DNA from: Candidatus Woesearchaeota archaeon B3_Woes
GTDB lineage: Archaea > Nanobdellota > Nanobdellia > Woesearchaeales > B3-WOES
Assembly: GCA_005222965.1 (NCBI GenBank)
Contig: NJBG01000001.1
Location: forward strand, 435,061 to 499,060
Direction of reading: 5' to 3'
DNA length: 64,000 nt
The position numbers and the translations under genes are program-made. The notes below the pieces were generated by a model. It was not told where the DNA came from, did no database searches, and was given only the letters and a program-made list of their open reading frames with translations. Shown piece by piece: positions 38,801-47,200 of the stretch (positions are counted from its first letter, which is position 1; each line of letters opens with the position of its first letter).

Positions 38801-41739
38801 ACATTTCCATAAGGCGGGTAAACCTCTTGGCTATGTGTTGTTTCAAATCTTTCACTATCATATCCAGGAAAGGATCCTTCATCTTCATGACCACTATAAG
38901 TACATATTGTTTTATCATCTGTAGTAATTTTTAAACTTGTAAAAGGAGGATCAGTAGCAACAAGCGCCGGATCTGCTCCTGTAAAAGGGACATATGTTGG
39001 AGGAGATGTATCAACAGATAAATCAAATTCTTTAGATGTGATTGAATTATAATAAACATCTTTACAATTCACATACAAAATATGTTGTATGCCTTCGTAT
39101 ATTCCTGAGATATGTTCGCTATGAACCACACTATTTGTCGTATCAAGTTGTAATGAATGGGCATAATCTGCTGCTTCATTATCTAAAGCATACTTACATA
39201 TTGCAGTGTTATCTGTTTTTAATTCCAATGTAAAGGATGAAGTTGGTGAAACTCCATATGAAGGTTTAACTAATGTTATATCTAAAGATGTTGAATCAGC
39301 ATTTACTTCAAAACTTCCATACTCAAGTATGTTATTTTTTGCATAATCACTAGCATCTACTTCTAAATTATATACTCCATCTATAAATTGCATAGAATCT
39401 ATTTGAAATACTTTGTTGTCTGTTGTTTTAAAATTGGATGTTATGTCTATGCCATCCATCAAAACCTGGTTTAACAAAGAGGGTTCATCAAATACTAAAA
39501 TTACAGTAGGGGTAGAAGAGTTAACTGTTTCATCATTTGGTTGAATACTAAGACTAGGAGATTTTGTGTCTACAACAAAAGTAAACTGTTTGTTAGAGCT
39601 CATCTTCCTTCCAAATCTGTTTTCAGCATTAAATTCATATTTATAGGTGTCATCTGGAAGATAAGACATATCAGTCAGAATATCTCCTATCTTTATTTCA
39701 TGATTTTGCTGGGAAGATGTCATTAAAGTCAACAAAATTGGATTAGTTGCTCTGTCTTCTAACCGATGATATGAGAGCCTTGCATTATTAGAAAAATTAA
39801 TTTGTATTATTGGTAATGGATTGTTTGTATAATATACACTATTTATGTAGTTTGAATCTTTAATATAATAAGCATAAGCATTGGGTCTAATGTCTGTTGA
39901 TGCTGCAAAAGACATATCCTTAACCAAACCTATGTTTTTTGAGGGATCTTCTGAATAATATTTAAGAATAGTATTTCCAGGTATTAAAGTGAGTGAATCT
40001 GATTCACAAGAACCTGCACAAAGTTTTAATGTTCCTTCATACTCTCCAACAGCTAAATTTCTATAAGTTGTTATTTTAAAATCTCCTGTCCTAGGCATAC
40101 AGGCACTTGAAGTATCTACACAATAATATGTTTTATAATCTACTGATCCTTTTGGTACAGCAGATTCTTCTATTTTAATTTTATCAATAATCTCTATGTT
40201 AAAGCCGTTTACAACCCCATCATTATCTTTTATTGTAGTAATTGTTGTTTCTGGTCTAAAATAATCTTTTTCACAATCTGGGTCTAAACTTCCTTCACAA
40301 TCTGGTAATGCAATCCCGTCTGCATCTTTTACACAATTTCCTTCTGTCCATCTACAAACATTGATTCCACAAGAATCTCCGCTAACATCGACAAATTCAT
40401 TAAGATTGTTTAATGATGCTGGAGAAGAAATAACACTACAATCTAATTGTGTGGTATATACCGGACAGCCCACGCTTCCACAGCTATTGCATGTTCCTCC
40501 TGCCTCAAAACAAGGATATTTATCAGTTGATAATGCCATTAACCTTTCTTCTGTAAAAATATCAAAAACAGAATTATATGCGCCATAATTAATATTCTCC
40601 ATACCATCAGATCCTTCTTGGTAACAGAATTGACAATTATCTGACTCATCATCAACACATACACCAATACCTAGTTCATCATAAATTGGTTCCCACCTGC
40701 AGGATGTTGCTGGATCCTGGACAGCCCCAACCATGCAATTGTCTTTTTCGCATGTTTCTTGAGATTTATAATCATAACAACCCATTGCGTCTCCCCCGCA
40801 ATTATAACAAGCATCGACATTTGTTGAAGACCTATCTAAAAAACAGTATTTATAATTAGATTCTGTTCCTTCACAAAGTTCTCGAGTTAAATAATACATT
40901 CCAAATGGATTTCCAAGGTCTTCATTGCAATCTGTCTCTTCAATACAAGTTCCACTTACGCATATATAATTTTCCTGACAAGCTGTTTCGCTATTAAGAG
41001 AATTGTGAATACTGCAAGAATATGGTTCATTACCAACACAAAATGTTGAAGGGGTAGTCAATCCTTCGCATTCAGAATCTCCAGAATAAATATTTACAGC
41101 TCCACTATCTTTTGAACTTTGGTATTGATAATTTCCTTGAATAACATACCTATATGTTGTTTCCCAGCTTATAGATATATCTGTATATGTTTTCTGGGTT
41201 GTTTCGCCTATTATTGAAAATTCAGTACAATCAGATCCGCTACATCTCATTATTGCATAATTAACTGCTGGACAATTATAATTATCCTCCCATGTAAGAG
41301 TTATTTGTCTAAATCCTCTATCCTCTCCTCTTATGATGTTGGTTGGTTTTATATTAAGATCAGGATCACTGCATCCCTCCCCTCCTGCCGCTAGAGAGCA
41401 AGATCCAACACAACATTGTTGACTTGAAGAGCATGCCCCCCCTTCTGGATTTGAAGAACAAGCTTCATAATCAGAACATGAACCAGGTCTACAAGTATTA
41501 CAAAGAGATAATCCACATGTTGTTGCGCATTCTTCATCACTACCTGCCGCCCCTTCAACTATTGTTCCACTACTCCACGCACATAGTTGAGCAATCTCTC
41601 CATTAGGGATCTGATAAGCTGTTTTTGGTAAACAACAACATGAAGGATAAGAAGCACCTTTAACAAAAAATACACTAAAGAGAAGAGTAGTTAAAAAAAT
41701 TAATCCTATTATTATTGTTATTTTTAATTTTTTGTTCAT
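35803..41739 (-). CDS. Giant (1978 aa) Cys-rich surface protein: signal peptide, Cys-rich/FN3-like and beta-sandwich modules, tandem CGDG…EQCD repeats, thrombospondin type-3 Ca-binding repeats, C-terminal TM anchor and polybasic cytoplasmic tail
   Basis: N-terminal signal MNKKLKITIIIGLIFLTTLLFSVFFVKG. At least five tandem modules of the form CGDG(x5-6)GEQCDGENKG(x)T(x)C(x)DF(x)DFTGG(x)L(x)C(x3)C(x)FDTS(x)CTGGEGS. TSP3-like DSDGDGILNQDDNCP…DMDGDGLGDACDDDIDGDGLSNEFE…DSDGDGILDGDEDADNDGLSNFEED…DTDGDGFVDKKE. TM VWWTFFWIVFLIILISVGVYFGY. About 150-aa K/R-rich tail. Confidence 0.7.
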   Translation of the reverse strand: MNKKLKITIIIGLIFLTTLLFSVFFVKGASYPSCCCLPKTAYQIPNGEIAQLCAWSSGTIVEGAAGSDEECATTCGLSLCNTCRPGSCSDYEACSSNPEGGACSSSQQCCVGSCSLAAGGEGCSDPDLNIKPTNIIRGEDRGFRQITLTWEDNYNCPAVNYAIMRCSGSDCTEFSIIGETTQKTYTDISISWETTYRYVIQGNYQYQSSKDSGAVNIYSGDSECEGLTTPSTFCVGNEPYSCSIHNSLNSETACQENYICVSGTCIEETDCNEDLGNPFGMYYLTRELCEGTESNYKYCFLDRSSTNVDACYNCGGDAMGCYDYKSQETCEKDNCMVGAVQDPATSCRWEPIYDELGIGVCVDDESDNCQFCYQEGSDGMENINYGAYNSVFDIFTEERLMALSTDKYPCFEAGGTCNSCGSVGCPVYTTQLDCSVISSPASLNNLNEFVDVSGDSCGINVCRWTEGNCVKDADGIALPDCEGSLDPDCEKDYFRPETTITTIKDNDGVVNGFNIEIIDKIKIEESAVPKGSVDYKTYYCVDTSSACMPRTGDFKITTYRNLAVGEYEGTLKLCAGSCESDSLTLIPGNTILKYYSEDPSKNIGLVKDMSFAASTDIRPNAYAYYIKDSNYINSVYYTNNPLPIIQINFSNNARLSYHRLEDRATNPILLTLMTSSQQNHEIKIGDILTDMSYLPDDTYKYEFNAENRFGRKMSSNKQFTFVVDTKSPSLSIQPNDETVNSSTPTVILVFDEPSLLNQVLMDGIDITSNFKTTDNKVFQIDSMQFIDGVYNLEVDASDYAKNNILEYGSFEVNADSTSLDITLVKPSYGVSPTSSFTLELKTDNTAICKYALDNEAADYAHSLQLDTTNSVVHSEHISGIYEGIQHILYVNCKDVYYNSITSKEFDLSVDTSPPTYVPFTGADPALVATDPPFTSLKITTDDKTICTYSGHEDEGSFPGYDSERFETTHSQEVYPPYGNVMRTYMVECMNMAELISTMPISFKVSDSAPLSVVSMTNPYFTTNEIDLRAKVNLDTNCKYTTDQSSPISTWLPFTKQTTLDHKATISVPGNGDYRYYVKCYDSRQISWLPSIPYEIGFSVDVTPPKMNYVDDSSNEPNPEITWKHTRLRVKWLGEDLDTRIAQYYYRLKEFGATDSFVFDWLDETTEDEWIVVDDINLADKQKYQFDVKPENAYGLEGDVMSSDGITIDISAKPAHCDDSIKNEDETGVDCGGSCAPCGPDSGYCNNNIIDAGEQCDGDAEWAEDLNECSDFYFTGGILTCASDCVFDISLCTGGEGSYCGDGIVDASAGEQCDGENKGETDCRDFDDFTGGTLICDNCELKTILCEGGTSGYCGDGEINTGEQCDGENKGDTTCFDIADFTGGILGCNNDCIFDTSSCTGGEGSYCGDGVIDINTGEQCEGDEIGDKECSSFDEFTGGELTCNDCIFDTSSCTGGEGSECGDGAADSTEECDIGDLRNATCSSRGFYEGELACNNDCTFDENECKGGTEGECGNDEINAGEACDGWDLGDFNDCNDYDSDFINGSLDCDSDCEYDLSMCQIEQPQCNENMDCVSGFCIEGYCADPTCYDKVENSIESDIDCGGNCPKCENGEECENKDSNCKSGYCNVVTGKCSPPDKCHNNILDSGETGVDCGGSCEGCEEGDFCDIDDDCLSDLRCIGGICKSDSDGDGILNQDDNCPYESNLDQLDMDGDGLGDACDDDIDGDGLSNEFEQMYNLDPYSPDSDGDGILDGDEDADNDGLSNFEEDRAGTSPLNSDTDGDGFVDKKEIEKGTDPLDANSKPGSVWWTFFWIVFLIILISVGVYFGYPMYVDYMRKQGKKPPKTPTQTHTITSVRKPHPSIIKPIKIDKQLKNLIAKSKKKREEKRRGVFSSFETGTSKPQERRRGLQRRGRETKRIVKPSKPTKEWVSLSKVQKKTKGDALSQLKGITKGKKSSGDVFETLKEIKEGTKKKPKGKK
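37190..38040. repeat. Imperfect tandem DNA repeats (~165 bp period, ~5 copies) encoding the CGDG…EQCD Cys-rich modules of the giant surface protein
   Basis: Near-identical strings recur at about 37355, 37520 and 37850 (…caccacagtaacttccttctcc[ga]cctgtaca[tc][ga]aactt[ga]tatcaaa[tc]a[tc]acaatc…). Confidence 0.7.
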
Positions 41740-41740
41740 T

Positions 41741-43105
41741 CTAACATCCTGTACCTGTTATAGTAAAATCAATATATTGCCAATCCCTTGATTTGTCAAA
41801 TCCAGGAACACACGAATATGGTGAATAATGATTATCTGAAACACAAATTTCTACTGTAAACGACCCACCAATCCCATTTCCTACAGGCGGATAAGATTCG
41901 CAATATTGGCTTATAATAGTTTTACTAAAAGAAGTGTTTCTTGCTAAACCTAAATCTAAAGAGGTGTAGTATACAGTTATGCTCTTTTCATCAGGGTCAG
42001 TAACATTAACCATATCACTAAAATAAGTTTCATTTAAAACTTCTCCAACCCCTATTGTTTTAGGAGAAGTTATATTTTCTAAAACAGGGTATCTGTTTTG
42101 TCTTGCAAATTGAAAGATAAAAGGGGTGTTTGAAAAATTATCTTCTATTTTGATGATATTATCCTCAAAAGGGGATATCTCATTACCGCCTTGTCCATGT
42201 CTCAAAATAGTAAGAATCATATTGCCATCAATTAATCCCAATGAATCTATTGTAACGTCATAACTTTCATTATTTTTATCAAAATCAAGCAAAGTATTTG
42301 CTATTTCATGTAATTTTTTTAATCTAACTTTTGTGTCATAATAAAATTCATCCACTCTTATCTGCTTTTTTGTTGTCGGATCAACAATATTCAAAGGGTA
42401 GTTTATTATTGTAATTATTGTTTCTTCGGTTGTATTAACACTAACACTTAAAGTTCCATTTAATTCTATCTTAAACCCTTCATCTTCAAAAATTGATAAG
42501 TCAATGCAATTTTCAAACGTGTTGTTGATATAAACCTTTAATTGATTATACATGCTTCCTCCTCCATCTAATTCTGGTAAATAAGTCATATCCCCAAAAC
42601 ACCCTTTTTTTAGTGTACAATTCCTTTCACTAGGCTTTGGAAAACCCATCCAAGGATACTCTCCTCCTTTAAAATTTCCTACTAAAACTTCAGAAATATT
42701 GTTTTTGCAAGTTATACCAGATCCACCTAAACAATTATAACTTTCGCTTGATGACCTTTTCAAACCATAACTTACATTAAGTTTTGTATCTCCTTGTACA
42801 AGAGTAAGAGAAAAATTAGCAGGTCTAGGAATATCAATGCCTCCTTGATAATCATATATTACTCCCCCTTGGTTTCCTAATAATTTCATTCCGTCTTTTG
42901 CAACCTTTCCCAAACACGCTGTTACATAAGATCTTATGCTGGCTATGTCAAAAGTTGTTTCTTGATGTACTAATGCTTCTTTTCTTGTTTTGTGTCCTGT
43001 TGTTTGCTTTCCAGCATAAAAAACAAGCCCCATAACAATCAAAAAAACAAAACCAATTAACATAAAGAAGGTTAATTGTCCTTTTTTTGAAAATTTTTCT
43101 TTCAT
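41741..43105 (-). CDS. Class III signal peptide protein with a large extracellular domain unusually dense in N-glycosylation sequons
   Basis: MKEKFSKKG|QLTFFMLIGFVFLIVMGLVF. At least 12 N-x-S/T sequons (NVS, NIS, NCT, NNT, NGT, NTT, NES, NFS, NIT, NET, NVT, NTS). Overlaps the upstream gene by 4 nt. Confidence 0.5.
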   Translation of the reverse strand: MKEKFSKKGQLTFFMLIGFVFLIVMGLVFYAGKQTTGHKTRKEALVHQETTFDIASIRSYVTACLGKVAKDGMKLLGNQGGVIYDYQGGIDIPRPANFSLTLVQGDTKLNVSYGLKRSSSESYNCLGGSGITCKNNISEVLVGNFKGGEYPWMGFPKPSERNCTLKKGCFGDMTYLPELDGGGSMYNQLKVYINNTFENCIDLSIFEDEGFKIELNGTLSVSVNTTEETIITIINYPLNIVDPTTKKQIRVDEFYYDTKVRLKKLHEIANTLLDFDKNNESYDVTIDSLGLIDGNMILTILRHGQGGNEISPFEDNIIKIEDNFSNTPFIFQFARQNRYPVLENITSPKTIGVGEVLNETYFSDMVNVTDPDEKSITVYYTSLDLGLARNTSFSKTIISQYCESYPPVGNGIGGSFTVEICVSDNHYSPYSCVPGFDKSRDWQYIDFTITGTGC

Positions 43106-46100
43106 TTTATTCTTAATTTGGGTCCTAAATCGTTTAATAGCTCATAATAACCTTGGGTTAAACCGCCAGTAAAAACATAATTAACATTTCCTTGTTTTAC
43201 ACAATCAAAAGGCACTAAAACAGGATTAGCAACTTTATAATTTTCAATCATAACACATAGATTTGTATTAAAATTAGTATATGTTGCAGACATGTATTTT
43301 TTATTCTTTATTTCTTCTGTTATGATATAAATTGATTTTTCTCCTTTTTTGTGTAAATATATCTTATTAAAATTACTAGTTTCATTAACAAATCCATAAT
43401 CATATGAAAGGCGTATATTTTGTAAATAATAAAGTGTTGGCTCAAATAAATTTCTTATATAAGCTGCTTCTCCTCCTGTCAGAACATCACTTATAGATGG
43501 CTCGTTTCTAGTATAAATTACTGATTTGATTTTATTATTATAATATACTCCACCACCACAAACTTCAAAAGTACTTGAATCCAATACGCTGCTGCAATCC
43601 CTGTTAGTTCCGCCTATTGCTTCTAATATAGAGTAAGAAGATGCGTCTACGTCATGGTTAATAGAAGCTCCAATTATGACTTTATTTTCATCATATTTCA
43701 AAACACATAAATTATTAATACAAGGGACTATGTTTCCTTTTCCAATATTACATGTATATCCTCCTGTTTGGAAATAATTTACAGTAGGATACCATTCATT
43801 TATAGAATACCCATAAAAGTTTAATACTTTATCATAGCTATCACAAAATAAGCTATATTCGTTTGAACTACTTCCAATATCCATTAATTGTCTTATTAAT
43901 AAAGCGGTTCTTGATGTCCATTCTCCATTTCTGCAATAATGGTCTCCGATAAATTCTCCATCATTTATGCATCTGACTTCATTAAGAGGGTAATGAGTAA
44001 CGCTTGTTGCGTCCTCAACAGTTTTATCAAAACTTAGTTCATCTGGGTTTACAAGACATTGGGTATCATCTAAACAATAACCACTATCTGTTTTATCCCA
44101 TGTATATGCTTCTTTTAAACTTCCTACACATTTCCCTCCTATAACCTTCATCTTCGGTTTACTGCAACAAGCATAAGAAGCATATGCTCCTTTTGTAAAA
44201 TATTCTTCTGGGTCATCTCCGCAACAAGCTCCATCTCCTGCATCACCTGTTAAACCCCAAGGTGGATGTCCTAAGGCCTCTTCTTCTGAAATATTTACTA
44301 TCGCCTTACAAACACCAAGATCAGTATCAGATCCATACCATTGCCCCATAGCACACAGGTGAACATCTGGAAATTCTCCATGCAAATCACCACTTGCAAC
44401 ACATTCACCATCTATAACACAATAAAGTTCGTCTGGACAACACGCTCTATTAAAAGGTGGAGTTGTTTGATCAAAAGTTGGATTTGTTTGATATTCGTCT
44501 GTACAATCACTCTCTCCGTCATCATTAACTCCGCAGGTTCTATTCCTAATTGGAGATAGATACCCTTCAGGAGAACAATCTAAATCAGAACAATCAATAG
44601 TACCATCACAATCATTATCATATCCATCAAAACAAAAATCTTCTTCTATTGGTATTCGGATGTTTATTGGACCTTCATCAATTCCACTTATAACACCATC
44701 AAGCCAATCTAATTTAGGAGTATTTGGATCACAATCACAAAAAGGACTTGATGATAAACCTGGATTTATATAATAAGGGTTGAAATTCATAGTGGAATCG
44801 ATGCTTTCAGATGTGCCATTATCCATACAATCCAAATATGTAGAACCTAGATGACAAGATTCAGCATGATAAAGATTAGAAGGTTGAATACCATATCCAT
44901 CTTCATCATCATCAATACAAGAAGTAACACATCTTCCTTCTCCATCACAATGTTTTCCATCTCCTTTTTCTTCATTAGGAGTAAACTCATTACAATCCCA
45001 TATTGCTGTATAATACGGATATTCCTCTCCAGCCACAAGATAAGAATAATCTTCTGCCTCTTCTTCTGAAAAGATCTTGGGATCATCTACAGAATATTCT
45101 CCAGCAGGCAAATTTTGAGCGAGACATCCTCCTCTACAAGTATAATGTTGACAAACAGGATCAGGGTCGCAACTTGCTACGTCTTTTTGCCTGGTGGCTT
45201 TTTCAACGTCTTCTGGTTCTAATTCTTTTGTTTCATTAATAAAATCTCCATCACAATACATGTCGCCAGCCCACGGGTCTAATGGTTGACAACGTTTTTC
45301 TCCTTCTCTATTATATTGAACACAATGTCCTTTGCCATCTCCTTCTGCGTCCCATGCAAAACATTCTTCATCTTCGCTACATTCATCATTAATTGCTAAT
45401 CCTCCTTTAACAGAGCAACAAACTTCATACTTATAATCAGAATCATCAAAACAACTTGCAAAATGAGCATTATTTACATATTCTCCATCAATCTCTCCTG
45501 CTAAAGAAAACATACAAAAATATGAATTCTCCCCGTTTGAATCTTCTAAAGCGTCACATTCCTGGTCTGTATTTGTAACCTGACAATCCAAGTCAACATC
45601 TAAATCTGTTGTTAAACAAACTTCATAAGAATAATCCCCTCTCCAATAAGTAGACCCATGTGCATTATCCCTATCTGATAAAGAAATTATATGTCCATCA
45701 AGACCACAAGCAGTATAGTCCTCATTCCTGCTTATAGATTCAAAACCAGAAATATTACAACATATATTATTTTTATTGCTCCCAAAATAAGAATCACTAC
45801 CAGATGCATGAGCATTATAAGGCGGATCTGATAAACTAATAATAAAATGTTCACCAGTTTCACAATTATCTCTTACAACACATCTGCCAGCGGCTTTTGA
45901 ACCATCTTTAGTATACTCACAACCTTTTCCATTTATCTTATCCACCTCCCCATCACAATCATTATCATATCCATCACAGCTCTTTTCTGACTCTTGATAC
46001 TTGTCATTGTGTTGATAATAAGTTGAAGAATCACATCCTGGCCACACACCATTAGTACATGTTTCCTGTGCTCCAACACAAACGCCGTTTAAAGCTTTCG

Positions 46101-46458
46101 AATCAGTCTTACTACAAAGTCTTTGATCTCCAGAAGAACAAACAGAAAGTTTACAGTAAGGCGCTTTTTCGGGACAGACCGCATCAGTTAATTCGTTACA
46201 GTATTTTATTTGTATACAGTAAGTAGAGGCTACCTCTTCGCCGAGTGTTGTCTTACAAACCTCAGTATCACTTGACCCACAAAAAAAGGAGGGAGCTGAA
46301 GGAGCACAACCATCAGGACAACCACCAGGCTCCATTGTATGATAGGAACAGTAGAGTGGGTAGTCACCTACACAATCTCCAACAACACCCTCACCAACAA
46401 CCACAAAACTAACCAAAACAACAAAAATCAAAAAGATTGGTTTTAATTTGGGTTTCAT
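43102..46458 (-). CDS. Giant (1118 aa) secreted Cys-rich protein with MopE-type (CDGxDNDCDG) putative metal-binding motifs
   Basis: Sec signal MKPKLKPIFLIFVVLVSFVVVGEG. CDGYDNDCDGEVDK and CFDGYDNDCDGTIDC match the PF11617-type Cu-binding motif. More than 90 Cys. No C-terminal TM. Confidence 0.65.
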   Translation of the reverse strand: MKPKLKPIFLIFVVLVSFVVVGEGVVGDCVGDYPLYCSYHTMEPGGCPDGCAPSAPSFFCGSSDTEVCKTTLGEEVASTYCIQIKYCNELTDAVCPEKAPYCKLSVCSSGDQRLCSKTDSKALNGVCVGAQETCTNGVWPGCDSSTYYQHNDKYQESEKSCDGYDNDCDGEVDKINGKGCEYTKDGSKAAGRCVVRDNCETGEHFIISLSDPPYNAHASGSDSYFGSNKNNICCNISGFESISRNEDYTACGLDGHIISLSDRDNAHGSTYWRGDYSYEVCLTTDLDVDLDCQVTNTDQECDALEDSNGENSYFCMFSLAGEIDGEYVNNAHFASCFDDSDYKYEVCCSVKGGLAINDECSEDEECFAWDAEGDGKGHCVQYNREGEKRCQPLDPWAGDMYCDGDFINETKELEPEDVEKATRQKDVASCDPDPVCQHYTCRGGCLAQNLPAGEYSVDDPKIFSEEEAEDYSYLVAGEEYPYYTAIWDCNEFTPNEEKGDGKHCDGEGRCVTSCIDDDEDGYGIQPSNLYHAESCHLGSTYLDCMDNGTSESIDSTMNFNPYYINPGLSSSPFCDCDPNTPKLDWLDGVISGIDEGPINIRIPIEEDFCFDGYDNDCDGTIDCSDLDCSPEGYLSPIRNRTCGVNDDGESDCTDEYQTNPTFDQTTPPFNRACCPDELYCVIDGECVASGDLHGEFPDVHLCAMGQWYGSDTDLGVCKAIVNISEEEALGHPPWGLTGDAGDGACCGDDPEEYFTKGAYASYACCSKPKMKVIGGKCVGSLKEAYTWDKTDSGYCLDDTQCLVNPDELSFDKTVEDATSVTHYPLNEVRCINDGEFIGDHYCRNGEWTSRTALLIRQLMDIGSSSNEYSLFCDSYDKVLNFYGYSINEWYPTVNYFQTGGYTCNIGKGNIVPCINNLCVLKYDENKVIIGASINHDVDASSYSILEAIGGTNRDCSSVLDSSTFEVCGGGVYYNNKIKSVIYTRNEPSISDVLTGGEAAYIRNLFEPTLYYLQNIRLSYDYGFVNETSNFNKIYLHKKGEKSIYIITEEIKNKKYMSATYTNFNTNLCVMIENYKVANPVLVPFDCVKQGNVNYVFTGGLTQGYYELLNDLGPKLRIK

Positions 46459-46514
46459 TTTTTATTGATTGCTTGTTTTTTGTTTATTGTTCCTTTCTCA
46501 TTTCCTATAAAAGA

Positions 46515-47057
46515 TTAATCAACACAAGTCGCACCACATTTTATAGCTCCGTCGTAGCCTCCATCATTTTGGGCAAGAGTTTTAAGAGTCCATTCTCCAT
46601 TAAACTCACCATCAACCTGGCATGAATATTCCTCATTGTTCATATTCTCTACTTCGTCGAGTCCAACATACGATAAAAAACAAAACTTATGAGTTCCTAA
46701 TTCGTCTGTTGTCTCCTTTGTCACATCTACGGCGAAATCTCCTTTGTATGCAGTTACCCATTCTCCAGTTGTGGATTTTACTGCTCCTCCGAAATCAAGA
46801 GTCCCTTCAACATCTAAATCCCCTGCAATATTTAAATTACCCACCAAACCCCCAGTAATCTCTAAATCATCATCTATTTTTACAGAATTTGCATCTGTTC
46901 TACTTGTTATTGTGTTTGTATATACTGGATCATGATAAGCACCGCCTGTTGGAAAACCATCAGCTATTACTAACCCAATCAATAATAAACAAACCAAGCC
47001 AGTTAAATAATACAAATGCTTTTTCTTAATGTTAATTTCAATTTTCATTTTATACAC
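46515..47057 (-). CDS. Secreted or anchored protein with short repetitive G-rich beta-strand motifs, first gene of the island operon
   Basis: N-terminal anchor YLTGLVCLLLIGLVIADG. Repeats ITGGLVGNLNIAGDLDVEGTLDFGG. 180 aa. Confidence 0.4.
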   Translation of the reverse strand: MYKMKIEINIKKKHLYYLTGLVCLLLIGLVIADGFPTGGAYHDPVYTNTITSRTDANSVKIDDDLEITGGLVGNLNIAGDLDVEGTLDFGGAVKSTTGEWVTAYKGDFAVDVTKETTDELGTHKFCFLSYVGLDEVENMNNEEYSCQVDGEFNGEWTLKTLAQNDGGYDGAIKCGATCVD

Positions 47058-47062
47058 CTCAT

Positions 47063-47200
47063 TTATTTTCTATTATCTTTTTTGATTTTTTCACCTAAAG
47101 CCTCATTAATATATTTGATTAAAGTTTTATTTTGCAGAAGAGCGTTTAATTTGGCTTTTTTATGCAACTCGTTCTCAATTTCAATATTAATTCGAGTCAT
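47063..47200 (-). CDS. Unannotated small ribbon-helix-helix (CopG/Arc-like) putative transcription regulator
   Basis: 45 aa: MTRINIEIENELHKKAKLNALLQNKTLIKYINEALGEKIKKDNRK. Predicted beta-strand (RINIEIE) followed by two helices. Lies directly upstream of the island operon. Not in the ORF track. Confidence 0.35.
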   Translation of the reverse strand: MTRINIEIENELHKKAKLNALLQNKTLIKYINEALGEKIKKDNRK

